A stretch of DNA of 62,000 nt from Wallemia ichthyophaga EXF-994 (lineage: Eukaryota > Fungi > Basidiomycota). The stretch spans positions 322,592 to 384,591 of the forward strand of contig NW_008806278.1 in NCBI RefSeq assembly GCF_000400465.1, in the 5' to 3' direction. Both the position numbers and the translations under genes were made by a program. The notes beneath the pieces were generated by a model. That model had not been told where the DNA came from. It did not search any database and worked only from the letters and a program-made list of their open reading frames with translations. This document shows positions 45,300-58,653 of this stretch, one piece after another (the first letter of the stretch is position 1; every line of letters begins with the position of its first letter).

Positions 45300-48200
45300 C
45301 TAAATCGTTCTCTTTTGTGATCTATGACGCGTCAGATAATCATACCACCTCAACAACCCTATACTCACGCAAAGTGATTATTCTTCCTCTTCTTAGAATC
45401 CACCTTGGATGCAGACCGCTTGCTCTTCTGATGAGCAGCCAGTTGAGGATTCCTGACCATCTGTATGTCATCGTTAGATAAACCTTTATCGCAAACACTC
45501 CACACCCACATTCTGCTTGCGTACTGTCTTTCGCTCGTCTCTAACAGCCACCATGCGCTGCCTAATACCCTGATAAACGCGCAGATAGAGCGTGTTGTCT
45601 AACTTGGTTTGCAGCATATTCATTACCTCCTGGGCCAAATTCTGCAGCTCTTCCAACTGCGCATCTCTCTTGAAATTCTCTTCCCCAGTGATTCTGACAA
45701 GAGGGTGAAGTATCTGATACATGTACCCTGTCAACCGATCTTTATCCAGTGTGTTTACCATGTATCCCATCCAATGGCAGATGAAAGTGGGTTGCATGAT
45801 CCACAATTTCTTGTCTTGCACATTGTCCTCGAATGAGCGTTTGAAGAATGACAACCTGGCTTGGAAGGACAGTTTACGGAAGAGCCAGCCGAGTGGGTCG
45901 CGCCTCCAACTCTCCTCCGCCTTTTCTACCTCCTCCTCTTTCTTCCCATCCTCATCGTCATCCTCCTCTTTCTCACCCTCTTCAGCTGCCTTGACAGCCT
46001 TTTCTCCATTCCCATCCTCATTTTCCACGGACACACCAGCGAAACATCTGGAAATAAAGATGAGGTTTTTCACAACCTGGTGCGCCATGTCATTGTCCAG
46101 ATGCTTCGACCGGAGCTCGTATGAGAATTTTCTACTCAGCTCGACTAGTCCTTCGAGCGACAACATGCCGCCCGTTCCCAGTTTAGGTGTGTAAGGCTGT
46201 GTGATTGTGAAAAGGGCACTAACCAGCTTTGCTGACTGGGAGCGCACCCACACATGCTGATAATTGAGACTATTCACGACAGCAGCCCACTCTACATAAT
46301 CCACCGCGTGAGGGTATGTGTTGATTACCTTGATTATGGCGTTGAGGGTGTGGTACAGCACTTGCCATTCATCCACCCCAATTAACCGCATCAAATCTGT
46401 AATTATTCCGTTCACATAACCCTTTCCGTTACCTTTCTCGATCGACTCAACAAAGATACCGGCGAGCTGCGCAGATAGCATCTGCAAACTAGGTTGAGCA
46501 TCCTGAGTAGACCAGCTGTGCATCATAGCCACCACCTTGTTTCTTTCATCTTTATCGTAAATCGATAGCAGGCTCTTGATTAGTGCATTGGCGCTCTCCT
46601 TGCACACGGCTGAATCATCATTGGCAAGTACCATCACTAGTCCTAGAAAAACGATATCCGAATTCTTCCTCAAATTCTCTTGATCGAATTTCTGAATAAT
46701 AACCGAAAGCAATTCCATTACTGACAATCTCCCCGACTCATACACGTAGCTGAGATTCTTGGCTAGGAAGTCGAACACCTTCTTAATGCGCGCCTTGCCT
46801 TGTGGATAATCGAGCAAGAATTGTAAATAAATATTCCGGCATTGATCTCTGACGTGGGAAGACTGATTAGTGACCATAACCTCAGCCACGCGCTCCATCA
46901 TTTCGTATATCTCCGGCACGATCAGCTTCCTGTTAACGATGGCTTTAAGGAGAATGAATAACGTGTGCTGGCGGTCATGTTCCTCGAGATCGGGCTTAAT
47001 GAGGTTGAGTAGATGCTTAAGCTCCTCCTCCTTGATCGTAGCATTCTTCACTTCACGCAGCAATACTGCAAGAGTGCGCAGCGTAGTTTGTGCGAGTCTG
47101 TTGGACAAATTAGTTTCAATCATCTACTTTCGATTAAGTCCACTACCCACTCTGATTGTGTTCCCCCGCAATCGTCCAACAATGCAAAAATCCGCTTGAT
47201 GAACACACCCAAGCTATTCTCAATCGACGGCAGCGGCGCCCTCGCTACATTGGCAGTGGCCTTCAAGCCCAAAACGACAGTATCCGTGTTGGACGTATAG
47301 AGCACATTACCCACTGCGCTCACAAGCGGATCGAGACGCGCGAGATGCTCTCCACTCTTAAAGTCAAATTGTGAACGTTTAAAAGACGTGTTGAAGAGAT
47401 CTAAACCTAGATTGATAAATTTGTGCGAGTTCTGTTCAAAGTAGTTGCGCTCTTCACGAATATCCCGCTTCAGCTGCACTACCGCACCTTGTTTAACATT
47501 CTCCCGCTTCCTATTCTTCTTCTCGGACGGTGTGGCGAATTTGCTCTTTTGAGCGATGAGACTGTAGCACAGCGAGAGAACGTCCGTTGGTTGGAATTGC
47601 GCGTTGGATATAACGCCCAAGCTAATTCTGCGAAGTACTTCATCAACTGACGCAATAGTCTTCTGGTTTGCCGACACAGTGATCATATCGCGAATGGGCA
47701 GCAACAGCACTGGCATCTTACTTGGTGAGCAAAGCCTGGCGAGGATCTGATACGTGTCGAGTGACTTGTTCTTGGCTGACTTAACCTCCTTCGTCTGTGT
47801 CTTCCATTCCTCGTTCTGCGCATCTTTCGCTGAGCGCCCAAATATTGTTTCTGTGATAATCGACACTATGTCCTGTGAGACCAGATCGAGATTATCATAC
47901 CGACCAGCCTCAGAACCAATGAGGTGAACAATGACCGAATGTACAGTGTACGACAACACATGCAGCTGAGCACCACGCGTAAGTGCCTCCTTAAGAGCGG
48001 AAATAATGGATGGGAGATAGTCTGGCCCAACTATTGTGCTGATCCTGCACAAAACCTCTCTTGCCAGCACACGCGTATCGCTGTCCTTACTTTTGAACAC
48101 CTGAGCAAGGACAGTAATTAACCTGTTTACTTCCATCTCTTTCACCTCGGCAGGCAGAAAGAGAGCGACGCGCACGTAACCAGCTGCAATCGGGATACGG

Positions 48201-51200
48201 ATGCTCGCTTCCGTCTCATCCTTCTGCTCGAGATATTTAAGGAGAAGAGGGAGGAGTCTGTTAGTGACTGCGTCAGAAACCTTAGCCGCACTAGCTTGCT
48301 GTGGAGGTGCATCTTCGTCATCACTCTCATTCTCCTCATCATTCTCCTCATAGTCGCCACTGACTTCTTCCGACATGCTGAAATGGAAGTGCTCAAGAAC
48401 GCTCATAGTAGCTCTGATGTACACTTTTTCGTTGGCGTCCTTGGCTTTGGCGAGCTTGAGATATGAGCGAACGAGATTGTTGTAAGCACTCCACCCCAGT
48501 CTGCTCGAGCATGCACCGAGAGCTTTGATAGCCTCGGTGGTGAGATTGTGATCTTTCTTCTCCGTGGCGCCAGAGACCTGAAATGAGTGTTAGTTGAGCA
48601 CATCGTGAAGCGATCAACACGCACGAAATGGCCAACAATCGGTATGAACACCTTCACAAGCGCATCATTTGGTAATTTTCCCTGCATTGCAAAGTCGCCG
48701 AGACGCTGCAGAGCTCTGCTTCTTCTGTGCAGCTGCACGTGATGAATGTTGTTAAAAAAGTTGGCCTCCTCGTCGCCCTCCATCAGCAAAGGACGCATTT
48801 GCGTGAAAGTGTCCATTTTGTCGCACACAAAGACGGCCTTAGCGATGACAGAGAGTACCTCGACACGCACTAGCTCGTGTCTGGATTTGAGAATCCTACG
48901 CAGGCCGGGGTAGAGCATCCTTAGAAGCAGCTCCTCCAGCTCGTCGCCACCCTTATCACCAACAACATGCACAAACACTTTCATGACATTAGAAGCTGAG
49001 GACCTTATAGACATCTCTTCAGGATCGCCTATGAAATAGAGCATATTGTGCAAAACAACAGACCAATCTCTGCCTTGTAACCCTCCACTCTCACTTTCGA
49101 GCGCTGCAAACGCAGCCAAACGTCTATCGAAATCTGGCTCGCCGATACGTTTGCTTGACCAGCTGTTGAGACTAGTAACAAGGTCGAAAGTGCGCATAAA
49201 AGACGTGTCAACCAAGCTAAACACGCCCATAATCTTGACCAACTCATCCCTAGCTGGTCGCGATCTGAGGAGTGAAAAGAGTGAAGCGAACAGACCGAAG
49301 TTCCTCGTATGGAAAAGTGAAGTAGGGTCTTGAAATTCTGGGACAAGTTTCAACAGTTCCGCATAAATAGATAGCAACTCCGTCTTGATCTTCTCATTCA
49401 CAACTTTGTAAGACTGTCTGAGGAGCGGTTGCAGCAAATCCAGCACTCTCCTAGCTTGATCTTGATCATGCACATACTTGGCGATATGAGACAATATTCC
49501 TATTTGACGCTTCGATATGTCGTCACGCACACCGCTGTTACCGAACTTGTCAAACCTGTCAGTGAGGCACACCAACAGATGGTGTACGTTAGGTTTGAGA
49601 ATCTCCTCCCTCACGACCGTTCTCAACGCCCTGCTTTCATCCGTCTCGTCTCCCACCTCATCTGAAGCGGACACCTCGATCAAATTATCGACTATATCGA
49701 ACACTCGCAATACAACAGCAGGTTTGACGTTGTTTGCAGTGATAATCGAGAAGGCTTGAGGTAGCAGTCTGCTGTCGTACTTCTGCAAAGACGGAATATA
49801 CGCAGCGGAGTCTGACCAAACAGCAAACAGCTCTAACAACGATGAGGGTGCCTGGGTGTTTTCGACAGCGAGCAGCTTCAATCTCGGCGAGATAAACGAT
49901 TTGAATGCAGATTTGAGATAAGGATCAAAATCGAATTCGATAGACGGGACGCGGAAGAAGTCTCCCAACCTTTTAAGACCCAGCAGTCTAACATTACGCA
50001 AGGGTGTGTGATGCGCCACCTGGCTATCCACGCCCACTACATCCACGTCCATATCAGATTCCTTATGCGCAGCTATCCGTCTGTGGGCGTCGTGCGTCAA
50101 CTCCAAGGTCAATCCAAGCAGAGTGGGCCAATAGGCGATGAGCGATTTGCCCATATATTTGAGCAGGTCTTCAAGGAGACTTAGGAAACCGATTTGACGT
50201 TTACCAGCTGGCGGGGCGTCCAGATCTTTAAGCTGCAACTCTTCACCTACGGCAGGAATTGCATTCTGGAGGGAGCTTGTCATGAGTTTAATGAGCGTGC
50301 TGAGCTCCTCTGGGAGACATTCGCTCAAAGCGGTTAGAACAGCCACTCTACGAACACCAGCACCCTGATTACCCGAGCTCCTTCCTTTGCGCCACGTCAT
50401 AACACCATAGAGCATTCTAATAACGATCGGAATAAGCCCCGCTCGATGACTAGGACTAATAGCACTCGACTCGATATTAAGCGGGAGGTTAGTCAGCTCG
50501 TCCCTAAATGTACCCTCCTTCAGGAGATTCTTGAGTGTTTCCTCGTACGCATTCACTGAAAGATCCTTCCATGTCAGGATGCAATTGAGAGCGTGACCCT
50601 GTATACCTGCATCACCTTTGCTGAGGTATTCGAGGAAGAGGGCGTGCATATCTCCCGCACGATACATAGCTTTGGGGTTGTTGAACGCCGAATAGAGCTT
50701 CAGCCACGCACTCAGACGGCTTCTAAGCATTTTGAGCGACTGATGCTCTTTCTCATCGTCGTCGTCCAGTTCCTCACTCCTGTCAGCGAAGCGCAAGAAA
50801 AGGACGTTGAGAGTTTTAGTGTTGCGCTCAGCAACACCGACACATTTGGTGAGAGTTTCAAGCAGCAACTCCTCGTAGTTGTTGATATCAAATCGATTGA
50901 GCGATTTTTGAGCCTGTCTCGAAGATTAGATTATTTAATGGATAACACATAAACTCACCTCCGCCGCTCTCCTTAGAGGTTTGCTGAGATCATTGAATGC
51001 ATTCTCAAGTCCCCTGTCCCATTTATCGAGATTGGTACATCTGAAATGATTATCATCAGTGACGTAGTCGCCCGCTATGAGTACACCCCGGTCACTCCTC
51101 TTGAAAGCTTGGTCACTGAGCATCCAAATAGGCGCCTGCGCACTCGCATTGCTTCTCTGAGATGCACCTACTGCGTATTCCAACTCTGGGAGAAAGATAG

Positions 51201-53439
51201 GCCACAACAATCCTGTCTGTGCTGCCATCAACTCAGCGAGGGAATCAGAGGCTTGTTCGTATAAAGGACGGAAATTAACTTTGAATTGCGCTGGGGTATT
51301 GTTAGCGTGAATTTTATTGTAGCAGAGACACTCACATAACATAAACATAGCACCAACTTTGCGACTCTCTTCACTGGCATCAGCAGCTAAGAGATGCTGG
51401 CCGACGCGTCGCAGTGTGAGGTTGCGATCGCGGGAACTCTCAATAGTAAGCGGAACTTGGTCGACTTGGAAGCACTTGTCGTAAATGACTTCTTGCTCGC
51501 CTCTGAGCTGACTGAGTAGCTTCAGTGATGACACTCTGAGCTCGGTTGAGTATGAAAGGATGTTTATTTTGAGGAGATTGATTGCATCGGTTGACAGCGT
51601 CGGTGAGACACCCTGCTCGCATAACTGTGACAAAGACCTTACTATCATTGCGTAATTGGAGTAACGCAACACGATATCGTTGATACGCTCCCTAACTGTG
51701 TCCTCCTTTCCTAATTTTGCAATGATTGAAATAGTGACCGACGTCAGCCAAACTTTGTTGTAAGGATGGTGGGAAAACTCATGCTGCACGTTGACATCAG
51801 TGCTAGCACTAGTGAGGTAATCGAAGAGGTTCATAATTTCCCCAGAGAACTGCTTAGCTTCAACACCGACATTAGCGTGGACGAGTATGGCGACATTGGA
51901 CAAGAGATCGATATGCGCGTCGGTAGAAGTGTTGCTGACGATACGAGCGGCAGCATCTTGAACGCATTTGCACAAATCCTTGTTGATGGTTCTGAAGAAA
52001 GCCTGGAAACGCTGCTGTGCGACTGTGCTTGTTAAAGGTAACTGCGCACGTTCAGCCAAAGTTGCGAGGAGGGTGTAAAACTCGTATTGATTGTCAGCAA
52101 ATGATGTTTTTGACATGGGCGGGAGTATAAACTGCTCGATACCTGACCACTGTAACTCTGACAATGCCATGCAGAAACCTAGTACGGACGATTTGTCATT
52201 GTGAGAGAAGACCTTATCGAGAATTTGAATACCCGGGCTAAGAAGGTCTTGAAGCTTGCCTGCACATAAAGCGGTAGCCAAAAGCTGTAAATATTGGATA
52301 AAAGTGGAGGATTGAAGCGATTTATTGGACAATGTGAGGAGGAGTTTGAAGACTGAACGGCGCGAAGATTCATCAACTCGTGTAGCCTTGCGTACACCCA
52401 TTAAAACCTGAGCAAACCGCATTGCAACTGAGAGGCTGCTGACATTGTTGGATTGATTGGTGTTTTGGTCTAGTGCATTGACAATGACATCAGAAATGGG
52501 ATTCAATTGAGCAGGATCTCTTATGTGGTGGATAGCTGCAATTAAAACGCGAATAGTAATGCTAGTGGAGGATGAGGAGGGGTTTTCAAGGGAATAATTG
52601 AGGATAAAGGAAAAAATGGAGTGTGTGCGTGAATGTAGAGAGTAATTCGGGGATTGGATAGCTTCAGAGATGGAAATGGCGATGGATTCTTCAAGTAGAG
52701 GAGAATTTGAAGTAGATTGCAACATGTGAGTTAATAAAGAGTCAAGCGGTGGACCTTTACACCTCCTCAAAAAAGCAGACCAAGCTTGAGCAATCCATTT
52801 GGCGTGTTCAGAGGTGTTTGTGATGAAAGGGATGAGAATGTTGTAGATATCAATTGCGGCATTGTTCTTTAAGAGGTGTTTAGATAGGTGAGACAAGAGG
52901 TTTGCCAAAACGACGTAACTCTTTTCTAAAAGTTGAGGATTGTTGTGGGCTATGTCAGATGTTGGGATGGAGAGGAGAATAGGGAGAATCTGATCAAGGT
53001 GAGGGTGTAAAAGAGAGGACAAAGATCTAGCCAAAGGAGGTATCAAACTGGACCAAAATTAGATGAAAATGACGCGAAAAAGCCAGGTAACTCACTCCAA
53101 GATACCAATCCAAGATCTCCACGGATCATCACCGAATTTAACAGATAAATGATAAGAGATGGAGGATATAATTTTTGATTTAAAGTGAATAACTTGTTCT
53201 AGGGAGTGAGTGAGAGGGTAGATTTCTTTGTATAAGGAAGTGAAGCCGTAGTGCAAGTTAATTTCAGAAATCTGCTGTAATCGAGTGTGAAAAGGGTTGT
53301 GATCGCTGTCATCAGTGTAATCCAAATCGTTCAAAGATTTAAGAAGAATCTGCTTAATATTGATGTTGTTGAATTTTTTATTTAAATTCTCAAATTTATA
53401 CCTTTTATTTGAATTTGAAGGGTTTAGACTTCGTTTCAT
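45300..53439 (-). CDS. UTP20: U3 snoRNP/SSU processome HEAT-repeat protein Utp20, multi-exon
   Basis: N-terminal KRYKF...FHTRLQQISEINL..F...Y..I..L..SLEQ, then FFNNIHHVQLHRRSRAL, GAQLHVLSYTVHS, ETIFGR and KNLSYVYESGRLSVMELL. About 8 kb of helical-repeat ORFs. Basic C-terminus ending SQKRTI*. Confidence 0.92.
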
Positions 53440-53770
53440 TTCGATGTTGAGAATTGAGAAGAATGAACAAGTAAGTAGATGATGGAAGTAGCAATCAAAG
53501 AAGGAAATCAAATGAATAAATTAGAAACAGAATTTCGTTTTTAGTTAATTGGACTGTCTTGACTTCACTGATTTACAACAAAATGGTTTTATCTGATAAA
53601 ATTGTCGAGATGAGAAGGCAGAAGATGGCTCAGATAGGCGTGTTGGAGGACATCTTGGGAGATGAGAATGCAACCATCGACTCAATTGTACGCTCAAAGA
53701 ATTTATCAAATTTATTTTAATTTTCAACGCTTGGATCGTTCTTGACCCGGAACGACCAACAAATACCCAA

Positions 53771-55331
53771 ATGATGGAATTACTAAATAATGATATCCAA
53801 GACTACAATCATTTCATTCTACAACCCACATTCACTCATTCTCATTCTCCTTCTCCTTCTTACTCTCCTCTCCAACACCCAGGCAGGAACATCTACGTTG
53901 GAAACCTCCCATCAGACGCTACTATTGATCAACTCCTAAATCTCGTCAAATTTGGTCCCCTAGAATCTATAAAGCTTTTCCCTGAGAAATCCTACGCTTT
54001 TCTAGCCTTTTTGGATCCAACTATAGCTATTCAATTCTATCATGACGCTACTACGCGTAAAATTACTCTACATGGGCAAGAATTGAAGTTTGGCTGGGGT
54101 AAAAATTCTCAGATTCAAACAAATGTCTTACTCGCTGTACAACAATCAAACGCTTCCAGAAACGTTTATATTGGTGGTATTGACGACTCAACTACACACG
54201 ACAGCTTGTCAAAAGATATGAGTAAATTTGGTCCAATTGATCAAATTAAGATTGTTCATGATAAGAAGATTGCCTTCATTCACTATCTCTCCATTTCCAC
54301 AGCTATAAAGGTTGTTAACGACCTCCCACACCATCCAAACTACTCGAACAAGCGCATCAACTACGGTAAAGACAGATGCGCTTACATTCCTCGCAATCAA
54401 CAACAACCCTCTACTCAAGCTCTTAGAACTGCTGCTGCTATTGCTGCTAGCTCCGGATACCCTTACTCGATGGCTGGTTTTAGCCCTTCTGCTGCAGCCG
54501 CTTTCCTCAATTCTAACACTTATGAAAACTACCTCAACCCCCAACTAACCTCAAACAATCTCGCTGGTCTGACTAACATGAACAGTCTCTCAGGTCTATC
54601 TAATCTCCCTGCCATCCCTACTGTCCCTCTTGATAACATCGGTAATAGGACTGTTTACCTTGGTAATTTATCTGAAGAGACTACTGCTGAAGAATTATGC
54701 AACGCTATTAGAGGTGGTATTATTCAATCCATTAGGTATTTGTCAGACAAGCATATCGCATTTGTTGTTAGTGCGGAATATAATTAACTAAACATTTAAT
54801 AACCCACTCTTTCAGACCTTCATCGATCCAACAAACGCTTTGACTTTCTATCAAGTTGCGTCTTATCAAGGTATCACTATCCACAACCGTAGACTGAAAA
54901 TAGGTTGGGGTAAACACTCAGGCCCACTCCCTCCAACGCTTGCTTTATCTGTTCAAAATGGAGCAACTAGAAATGTCTATGTCGGTGCACTCACTGATAT
55001 GGATACCTTCAATGAAACAAAAATACGTTCGGATTTCGAGGTATTTGGTCAAGTTGAACAAGTCAATTCGCTGCGGGAAAAGGGATGCACCTTTGTCAAT
55101 TTTACCAACATTGCACACGCTATCAAAGCAATAGAGGCAATAAAGAATGACGACGAGTATATTAAAGCAGGCATAAAAATAAGTTACGGTAAAGATAGAT
55201 GTGGGAATCCACCTAGATCACTCTCAGCGAGTATGAATGGTAGGTCATCGCAAAGACCCTCACCAAGTCCAAATTCAACACCCACTTTCGATACCAGTCC
55301 GGTATTCCAAGATGTGACGAACCGCATCTAA
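53771..55331 (+). CDS. MRN1: Four-RRM RNA-binding protein, S. cerevisiae Mrn1 / S. pombe Nrd1(Msa2) family, one intron
   Basis: RNIYVGNL, LKFGWGK, ASRNVYIG, RINYGKDRC, NRTVYLGN, RRLKIGWGKHSG, GATRNVYVG, ISYGKDRCG. Confidence 0.88.
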
Positions 55332-55677
55332 ATAAGTACCCAAATAGCAAAACGATTACCTAATTAACTAATATAGACTAATACAATTTTACGGACGGAG
55401 CTGGTTTGCGTGTTGTTAAACTGGTAAATTTCGGAATTTTTCAATATTTCAACTAACTTTATTGATTTTACTCTACTATCTCGCTTCAACCGACTCAGGA
55501 ACATTAATTGTGAAATATTTCAACTACTCTTCTCAGAAACAACAGACACTCGCTAGACTTAAACACCTTCTCTTTAGATGATTTCTCGTAAATGAAAAAT
55601 TTTGTTTTGTAAGCGGATGGAATTTTATAAGACGATAAAGATGTTGGTTTAAGACAATCACCTCCAAAGTTAAAACA

Positions 55678-56916
55678 ATGAGTTACGGTGGATAGTAGGG
55701 AGAAGAGTGTGGGACGTGAACAGCACTGACGCACACGCATAGCGGCGCACCCAACTATCCAAGTGCACCCGGCTACGGTTCCGCACACAGGGGCAGTTAC
55801 GGCGCAGCACCTGCAGTTGCAGGCAGAGGTAGCTATGCGAGTGGGGCAGGAGCACCAGGAGCAGCACCTGTGTACTCACGTCACAGTCCTGCACCTGGCT
55901 ACACAGGTGGTTCAATGACAGGAGCAGCAGCGGCGGCGCCTTCATACTCTCGGCACAGCCCAGCTAGCGCATACGGTGCACCTGCACCCAACGCATACGC
56001 TAGTGCAGGCTTCACGAGACCACGTCCACCGACGACGTACATTGATCCAAATGTACGCAGCTGGTTCGAGACGGTCGACAGAGACAGGACCGGTCAGATA
56101 AACGCTACAGAGTTACAGATGGCGCTTGTAAATGGCGATTACAGCAACTTTGATCTGGATACAACGCAGATGCTGATTGGTATCTTTGACGTTGACAAGA
56201 CAGGTACCATCTCGATCGACGAGTTTGCCGGCGTTTTTAAGTGTGTTTGGCCAGTGCGAGTCGTTGGCCGCGGCTGATCTGATTGCCAGGTACATCAACG
56301 ACTGGCGCAACGTCTTTCAACATTTCGATGTGGACAGATCGGGAACGATTGAGGGACATGAATTGGCTGCTGCTCTCTCTCAGTTCGGTTATAGGTGCGT
56401 AAAGAGCGTGTCATATTGTTATGATGCTGAGTATTCTTTACAGACTCACGCCATTCACCCTGCGCGTGTTGGAGGATAAATACGGCGAGTTATGCATGTC
56501 CCGTCCAAGGCTCTGGCTGACGTTTAATGCTTTCCCTTCGCATATCTTCTTCTTCCTCTGCCTCTCATTTGCATTCCTCTCAAATATCTTTGTCTTCTCA
56601 CTTTCCAACTTTTTCACATCGCTCATCAACATACTCCTCGTTGGTCTGTTTTCATACATTTTGTGGGACTTTGCACATACAGGCAATCCTAACTACAACA
56701 GACGCGTGCCATACGGAGCTGGGATGCAGGGTATCTCATTCGACAGGTGAGTAGTGTTTGGTATCTTTGCCGTGCTGAGACACTCGCAGATTCGTCAGAT
56801 GCTGCGTCGCTGTAAAGACGCTCTCGGAAAACTTCTATAGACTAGACGTCAACAGGAGCGGCTATGTCAATATGGACTATGAAATGTTCCTCCAGTCTGC
56901 GTTGGCTGCTCCATAA
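55678..56916 (+). CDS. PEF1: Penta-EF-hand protein (peflin/ALG-2 family), six exons
   Basis: G/Y/P/A-rich N-terminus, FETVDRDRTGQINATELQMALVN, FDVDKTGTISIDEF, FDVDRSGTIEGHEL, GISFDR|FVRCCVAVKTL...D.NRSGYV. Confidence 0.92.
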
Positions 56917-57151
56917 AGGTGAGAATTTTCGCACGCAGGTGTGTTCTACGAGGGTAATAACACGTAGTTGCTAATTAATATATGTAGTATAGTGTGGCTT
57001 AAGGGGCTTATTCTAGTGTATAAACATTTTCATGCATTTTCACACGCCCAGAATAACACGTGATGATTCGGAGATTTCAGGGAATAGCCAGCACAAGACG
57101 GGGGAATTAGGCGGGTATTCTAGCATTTGAACACCCAAGAACACAACCAAC

Positions 57152-58184
57152 ATGAGCAAAATGAGCAAAGCAGACAACGGTAAAGTACCACTGTCGACGC
57201 ACCTAATCGCAGGCGGTGTAGCTGGAGCAGCCGAAGCACTGGCGTGTCATCCTCTTGACACGATCAAAGTGCGCATGCAGCTGTCTAAGTCGAGGCAAGC
57301 GCGTGGTTTGAAGCCCCTTGGATTCTACCAAACGGGTAAATACATCATCACCCGCGAATCTGCATTCGGGCTCTACAAAGGTTTAGGTGCGGTTTTATCA
57401 GGAATTGTCCCCAAGATGGCTATTAGGTTCGCCTCTTTCGAACAATACAAGTTGTGGCTGGGAAAAAACAACAGAGACGGCTCACTCGCCCCCACCAAGG
57501 TTTTCATTGCTGGTCTCGGCGCAGGCACGACAGAGGCGGTTGCTGTTGTCACCCCTATGGAAGTTGTCAAGATCCGTCTGCAATCGCAGCAACACTCAAT
57601 GATGGATCCGCTTGATGTCCCAAAGGTGAATATTTTCACCATGCCACGAAATTACCAATACTGACAGCAGCACGCTGCGTACTTAGTACCGCAACGCCGC
57701 GCACGCCTGCTATACCATTGTAAAAGACGAGGGCATCGCGACGCTTTACAGGGGTGTCACGCTCACAGCGCTTCGCCAGGCAACCAACCAGGGCGCCAAC
57801 TTTACTGCGTACCAGCAACTCAAGGCTGCCGCGTACACGTACCAGCCACATTACAATGGCGCAGAACTACCAAGCTGGCAGACAGTCATATTTGGCTTCA
57901 TCTCGGGCGCGGCTGGTCCACTGACAAACGCTCCGATCGATACTATCAAGACGCGCATCCAGAAGGCTCACAGGGTGCAGGGCGAGACTGCGCTATCAAG
58001 GCTGTTAGGAGTCGCTGGCGATATGTGGAAACAGGAGGGAATTGCGTCCTTCTATAAGGGTATCGCACCGCGTATTCTCCGTGTCGCACCTGGACAAGCC
58101 GTTGTGTTCGCTGTCTTCGAGAAAGTGAAGCCAATAGTGGAGAAGGTGAAGGGGGAATATCTCTACGAGCCATCTGACAACTGA
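57152..58184 (+). CDS. SFC1: Mitochondrial succinate/fumarate carrier, one intron
   Basis: LIAGGVAGAAEALACHPLDTIKVRMQ, GIVPKMAIRFASFEQYK, TPMEVVKIRLQ, YRNAAHA, LRQATNQGANFTAY, FYKGIAPRILRVAPGQAV. Confidence 0.92.
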
Positions 58185-58222
58185 AATGTGACTAACATGT
58201 ACAAGTTTCATGTATTCATCAT

Positions 58223-58627
58223 CTACTTAACATTCTCACTGCCCTTGTCGCCGTTCTCACCGTCGCTGCCTGGCATAATATCACCGACCATCTCCTTGGC
58301 ATCGATACCAGCCTCTTTCAACTCGTTATTCAGCTCTTGAGATAATTCCTTTACTTTTTCATCGCTCGCGAGTGACCAGAGTGTGGATGCTGATGGGTTG
58401 GAGCCAGGTTCAACGCCCTTATCGTGCATAACCTGGCTGAGTTGCTTGATAATTTCAATGGCTTTAGGTGCTTTCGAGAGTTTTTCAAGGAGTTGCGCTT
58501 GTTCGCTCGATCCGAAGCCTGAAGCATATCTGTGCGTGTGACTGAGTGTGATTGGAGTGACTGCAGCTCTGGGAATTCCCACTCTGCTGCTTCTCAAAGC
58601 GACGCTTCTAGCAATACCTGAGAACAT
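58223..58627 (-). CDS. Hypothetical 134-aa protein with mitochondrial presequence
   Basis: MFSGIARSVALRSSRVGIPRAAV...HRYAS (Arg-rich, acid-free, R-Y-AS cleavage-like), followed by a helical acidic body. Confidence 0.65.
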   Translation of the reverse strand: MFSGIARSVALRSSRVGIPRAAVTPITLSHTHRYASGFGSSEQAQLLEKLSKAPKAIEIIKQLSQVMHDKGVEPGSNPSASTLWSLASDEKVKELSQELNNELKEAGIDAKEMVGDIMPGSDGENGDKGSENVK

Positions 58628-58653
58628 GATGGCTGTTGTTTATCAACCACCAA

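Noticed and set aside
56438-56686. 82-aa charged ORF antisense to the long PEF1 intron (possible nested gene)
   Set aside because: The K/E/R-rich content follows automatically from reading a pyrimidine tract backwards, and it overlaps PEF1 exons at both ends. No independent support.
57060-57130. Box C motif GTGATGA upstream of SFC1 (possible C/D snoRNA)
   Set aside because: No downstream CTGA box D or terminal stem before the ATG.
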